NCBI GenBank assembly: GCA_032250835.1
Contig: JAVVEA010000002.1
Location: 246,596 to 310,595 of the forward strand
From: a bacterium
GTDB taxonomy: Bacteria; SAR324; XYD2-FULL-50-16
Direction: 5' to 3'
DNA length: 64,000 nucleotides
Below the pieces are notes generated by a model. It did no database searches. It was not told the origin of the DNA and saw only the letters and a program-made list of their open reading frames with translations. Shown here piece by piece: positions 60,876 to 64,000 of the stretch. A program made the position numbers and the translations under genes. Numbering within the stretch: the first letter of the stretch is position 1; every line of letters begins with the position of its first letter.

Positions 60876-60963
60876 TGGAAGAGGGAGTGGGATTCGAACC
60901 CACGGAGCTATTACACTCGACGGTTTTCAAGACCGTTGCCTTCAACCGCTCGGCCATCCCTCC
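60876..60963 (-). tRNA. tRNA-Ser(TGA)
   Basis: Anticodon arm ACGGT-CTTGAAA-ACCGT, long variable arm, G1-U72, U73, CCA. Confidence 0.95.
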
Positions 60964-60991
60964 TTAACACGAATCATGATCTATAGCGACC

Positions 60992-62260
60992 TTAGCGAAT
61001 TTCTGTCAAGCCATTCATGTAGGGGCGCAGCACTTCGGGTATCACCACGCTCCCATCGGCCTGCTGGTAGTTCTCTAAGACAGCCACCAACGTCCGCCCC
61101 ACCGCTAGGCCCGACCCGTTGAGGGTGTGCAACAATTGGGGCTTGCCGCCGGATTGGGGTTTGAAGCGGATTTGGGCGCGGCGCGCTTGGAAGTCGGTGC
61201 AGTTCGAACAGCTCGATATCTCCCGGTAGCGGTCCTCAGAGGGAATCCAAACCTCGATGTCGTAACACTTAGCCGCCGAAAAGCCGATGTCCGCCGAACA
61301 AAGCGAAATCACCCGGTAAGGCAGTTCCAATAGCTGCAACACCTTCTCGGCATTGGCGACCAGCTTTTCTAGTTCCTCAAAACTATGGTCCGGGTGGGCA
61401 AACTTGACCAACTCCACCTTGTTAAACTGGTGCTGGCGGATATAGCCCTTGGTGTCTTTGCCGTAAGAGCCCGCCTCGCTGCGGAAACAGGGAGTGAAGG
61501 CGGCGAAGTAGAGCGGCAGTTGCTCTTCGGGCACAATCTCGTCACGGTAAATGTTGGTTACTGGCGCTTCGGCGGTGGGGATCAGGTAAAGTCCGTCGGT
61601 GGTTTTAAAGAGGTCTTCTTCAAATTTGGGCAGCTGGCCGGTGCCGGTCATGGTCTCCGCATTGGCCAACAGCGGGGGGTAGACCTCGGTGTAGCCGTGT
61701 TGCTCGCTGTGTAGGTCGATCATGAAATTCCCCAAGGCGCGCTCCAAACGGGCCCCGGCTCCTTTGAGCAACGTAAAGCGGCTTTGGGCGAGCTTGACGC
61801 CGCGCGGAGCGTCTAAGATACCCAGGGCGTCGGCCACATCGGCATGGTGCTTAGGGGCAAACTCAAAGGCGCGGGGCTGGCCCCAACGGCGCACTTCGGG
61901 GTTGTCCTCTTCGCTGGTTCCGGTGGGGGTGCTTTCGTGCAAGAGGTTGGGGAGCAGCAGCGCCCCTTCGAACAGGGCGGCTTCGACCTCTTTAAACTGC
62001 TGGTCCAGTTCTTTGATTTGGTCGCCCAATTCGCGGGTTTTTGCGATCAAGGCTTGCTTGGCTTCGGGCTCCAATTTTCCCTTGCCGACTAGCTGGCTAT
62101 TTTCGTTGCGCTGGTTTTTGAGCTCGTCGATCTGGGCGATCAGCGCGCGGCGTTTTTCGTCTAAGGCCTGTAAAGGCTTTATGTCAAAATCGTTGCCCCG
62201 GCGCTGGAGGGAGTCAGCCAGGGTTTCGGGCGCATCGCGCAGCACTTTGAGGTCGATCAT
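60992..62260 (-). CDS. serS: Serine--tRNA ligase
   Basis: N-terminal coiled coil, [40 protein letters not shown]. Confidence 0.98.
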   Translation of the reverse strand: MIDLKVLRDAPETLADSLQRRGNDFDIKPLQALDEKRRALIAQIDELKNQRNENSQLVGKGKLEPEAKQALIAKTRELGDQIKELDQQFKEVEAALFEGALLLPNLLHESTPTGTSEEDNPEVRRWGQPRAFEFAPKHHADVADALGILDAPRGVKLAQSRFTLLKGAGARLERALGNFMIDLHSEQHGYTEVYPPLLANAETMTGTGQLPKFEEDLFKTTDGLYLIPTAEAPVTNIYRDEIVPEEQLPLYFAAFTPCFRSEAGSYGKDTKGYIRQHQFNKVELVKFAHPDHSFEELEKLVANAEKVLQLLELPYRVISLCSADIGFSAAKCYDIEVWIPSEDRYREISSCSNCTDFQARRAQIRFKPQSGGKPQLLHTLNGSGLAVGRTLVAVLENYQQADGSVVIPEVLRPYMNGLTEIR

Positions 62261-62421
62261 GGACTGTCTTTTGGTTTTGTATCAATATAGGCCACCAAGG
62301 GCCCGTCAAGCCTGTTTGACCCTAGCCTAACCAGCAGACTGGAATCTGCCAACTCAAAAGCTAGACCCCCGTTTACAGCGCCGGTCCGGGGGTGCTATCG
62401 GTAAGTAAATTAAGGAGCCCT

Positions 62422-62838
62422 ATGAGCCAAAAAAATCCCTTCCTGGGCGTCTGGATATTAGACCCCAATTCTTGTCAGTACAGCATGGGCGAGCCTCCCA
62501 AATCGGGGCGTTACGAAATCCGCGAAGACGGAGACAAGCTGATCTTCACTATGGGTTGGGTGGACGCCGAAGACAAACCGCTGGAAATGAGCTTTGCGGT
62601 GCTGGTGGACGGAGAGGAACACCCCTTCGAAAACCCCGCCTTAGCCGACAGCACCAAATACCGCTACCAAAGTGAGCGGATCTTGGAGTCTTGGAGCTAT
62701 AAAGACGGCCGGGAATTGGGCTACTCGCGCCGCGAACTCAACGAAGCCGGAACCATCATGCTGGTGGTCCAGCAGGTCAGCGACCCTAATGGCGGCAGCC
62801 TGCAAAACCTCGCTACCTACCATTTAGGGACCGCTTGA
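62422..62838 (+). CDS. Hypothetical protein (possible beta-barrel/lipocalin-like)
   Basis: AAGGAG RBS before ATG 62422; F.G.W.LD motif. Confidence 0.65.
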   Translation: MSQKNPFLGVWILDPNSCQYSMGEPPKSGRYEIREDGDKLIFTMGWVDAEDKPLEMSFAVLVDGEEHPFENPALADSTKYRYQSERILESWSYKDGRELGYSRRELNEAGTIMLVVQQVSDPNGGSLQNLATYHLGTA

Positions 62839-62848
62839 GTTCTTCTAA

Positions 62849-64000
62849 TTAGCCAAACTGTGGTCTTAGGCCGAAACCTTTTGGGGAACCTTTAGGCGGT
62901 TGCGGCGACGAGGTTCGCGTTTCCGCAGAGCCCAGAAGGTAGCACAGGATATGGGCTGGGATTTGAAAAATTTGAGTAGTTACCTCTTCAAAGGCTATTT
63001 CTCCAAAGTCTTCGATGTTTTTTGTGACTACATAGGCGCGGTCAATTCCTTTTTCCAGTGAATACTGAATAATGCCATCTTTTCTAGTTATCTTTGGGTT
63101 TTCCCGATACTTTACCTCAAAGGGTATTTCGGCATCAGGGCGTTGAACGATGATGTCCACTTCTTTTTTTGTGCGGGAGTCGCGCCAGTAACCAAACTTT
63201 GGTGTTTTAGAGTAATAATAAGCGTACAGGTGGCGCATTACGGTAGTTTCAACGATTAACCCCATTTCTTCGTCTCGCAGCAGAATTTCTTCCCCTTTCA
63301 GCAGCACAGCATTTCTCAGGGCGGCATCCACAAGATAATACTTGTTGCGGGCTTTGAGGACCTGTTTACCTTCTGTTGATAGCGGGGGCAGTCGGTAAAT
63401 TAAGTTGGCTTGCTCCAGATGCCCCAGGTAATCAGCAACAGTATTCGCAGGAACACCTAGTTCTTTGGCGCAAGTCTGTTTGGAGAGGATTCCGCCAGGG
63501 TGCTTGCAAAGGTAGTAAAAAAGACGTTCCATTTCATCAACATGCCGCACCCCAAAAAGGGAAGCCATATCACGTTTCAAAACCCTCTCGACTACGTCCT
63601 CTCTTAGAAGCCTTTGCCCTAGCGATACATCTTCTAATTTTGCGGTTTCAGGAAATCCGCCTACCAATAGGTAGCGTTTAAACCAAGGCAGTAAAGTCTT
63701 TGATTTTTGAGCAATGTGCCCCAACTCTGCCTGGGTGAGATAAACTAGGTCGATCGGAGCCGATACTCCGATGTCGGGTCCTGGTTCGCCAAGGATTCTT
63801 AAGAATTCATAAAAGGATAGGGTAGGGATGGGAATGGTGTCCCACCTGCCAACGCCGCTTTCCGCTAGCTCATGCTTTTGTGCAACACTAGCAGAGCCGG
63901 TCGCTAAAATGCGCAGATGTGGCTTGAAGTCCACCAAAAGCTTGATTTCGGTAGCCCAGTCTTTGACATATTGGACTTCATCAAGCAGCAAAGTAGCTGG
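62849..64000 (-). CDS. AAA_14/DUF4143 ATP-binding protein (5' end beyond the window)
   Basis: Walker B LLDEVQ, ATGSAS, YLLVGGFPE, KYYLVD, EVDII...FEVK; more AT-rich than its flanks. Confidence 0.85.
   Translation of the reverse strand, partial: PATLLLDEVQYVKDWATEIKLLVDFKPHLRILATGSASVAQKHELAESGVGRWDTIPIPTLSFYEFLRILGEPGPDIGVSAPIDLVYLTQAELGHIAQKSKTLLPWFKRYLLVGGFPETAKLEDVSLGQRLLREDVVERVLKRDMASLFGVRHVDEMERLFYYLCKHPGGILSKQTCAKELGVPANTVADYLGHLEQANLIYRLPPLSTEGKQVLKARNKYYLVDAALRNAVLLKGEEILLRDEEMGLIVETTVMRHLYAYYYSKTPKFGYWRDSRTKKEVDIIVQRPDAEIPFEVKYRENPKITRKDGIIQYSLEKGIDRAYVVTKNIEDFGEIAFEEVTTQIFQIPAHILCYLLGSAETRTSSPQPPKGSPKGFGLRPQFG

Noticed and set aside
60876-60963. Possible selenocysteine or suppressor tRNA
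   Set aside because: Anticodon is TGA (reads UCA, Ser), not TCA, and the acceptor stem is the normal 7 bp
60494-60967. 157-aa ORF with internal repeats
   Set aside because: Product of a 96-bp (multiple of 3) tandem repeat plus the antisense of two tRNAs

Overview
Chromosomal window from a moderately GC-rich Gram-negative bacterium. Gene content and order (ftsH-folP-cdaA-cdaR-pdxJ, ffs-dnaX-ybaB-recR, TusE-like gene) suggest a deltaproteobacteria-like lineage; this is an inference, not a search result. The left half is mostly core genes: ung, a small surface-polysaccharide cluster, era, a tRNA/rpmG/secE/nusG/rplKAJL cluster that lacks tRNA-Gly, tuf and downstream rpoBC, Fe-SOD, the ftsH operon and the recR/dnaX/SRP-RNA locus. 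The right half is accessory and signalling-rich: seven sensor histidine kinases, a MEDS protein, a LysR/CDGSH/pirin module, an N-terminally truncated Rho, and serS with tRNA-Ser genes. There are nine tRNAs, including all four Ser isoacceptors and an unusual tRNA-Arg(GCG). No CRISPR array, transposase or integrase was seen. The best candidate for an undescribed system is an AT-rich one-gene islet (about 18950-21330). It encodes a 571-aa protein (short helical N-terminal module + GNAT acetyltransferase + unknown C-terminal domains) preceded by a strongly structured 5' leader whose long hairpin buries the RBS and first base of the ATG, and whose loop can kiss an upstream loop. Other highlights: an A8 slippery run in dnaX with nearby stops in both shifted frames, tRNA-Trp overlapping the rpmG stop codon, and a palindromic repeat family forming tandem arrays right behind two tRNA-Ser genes.
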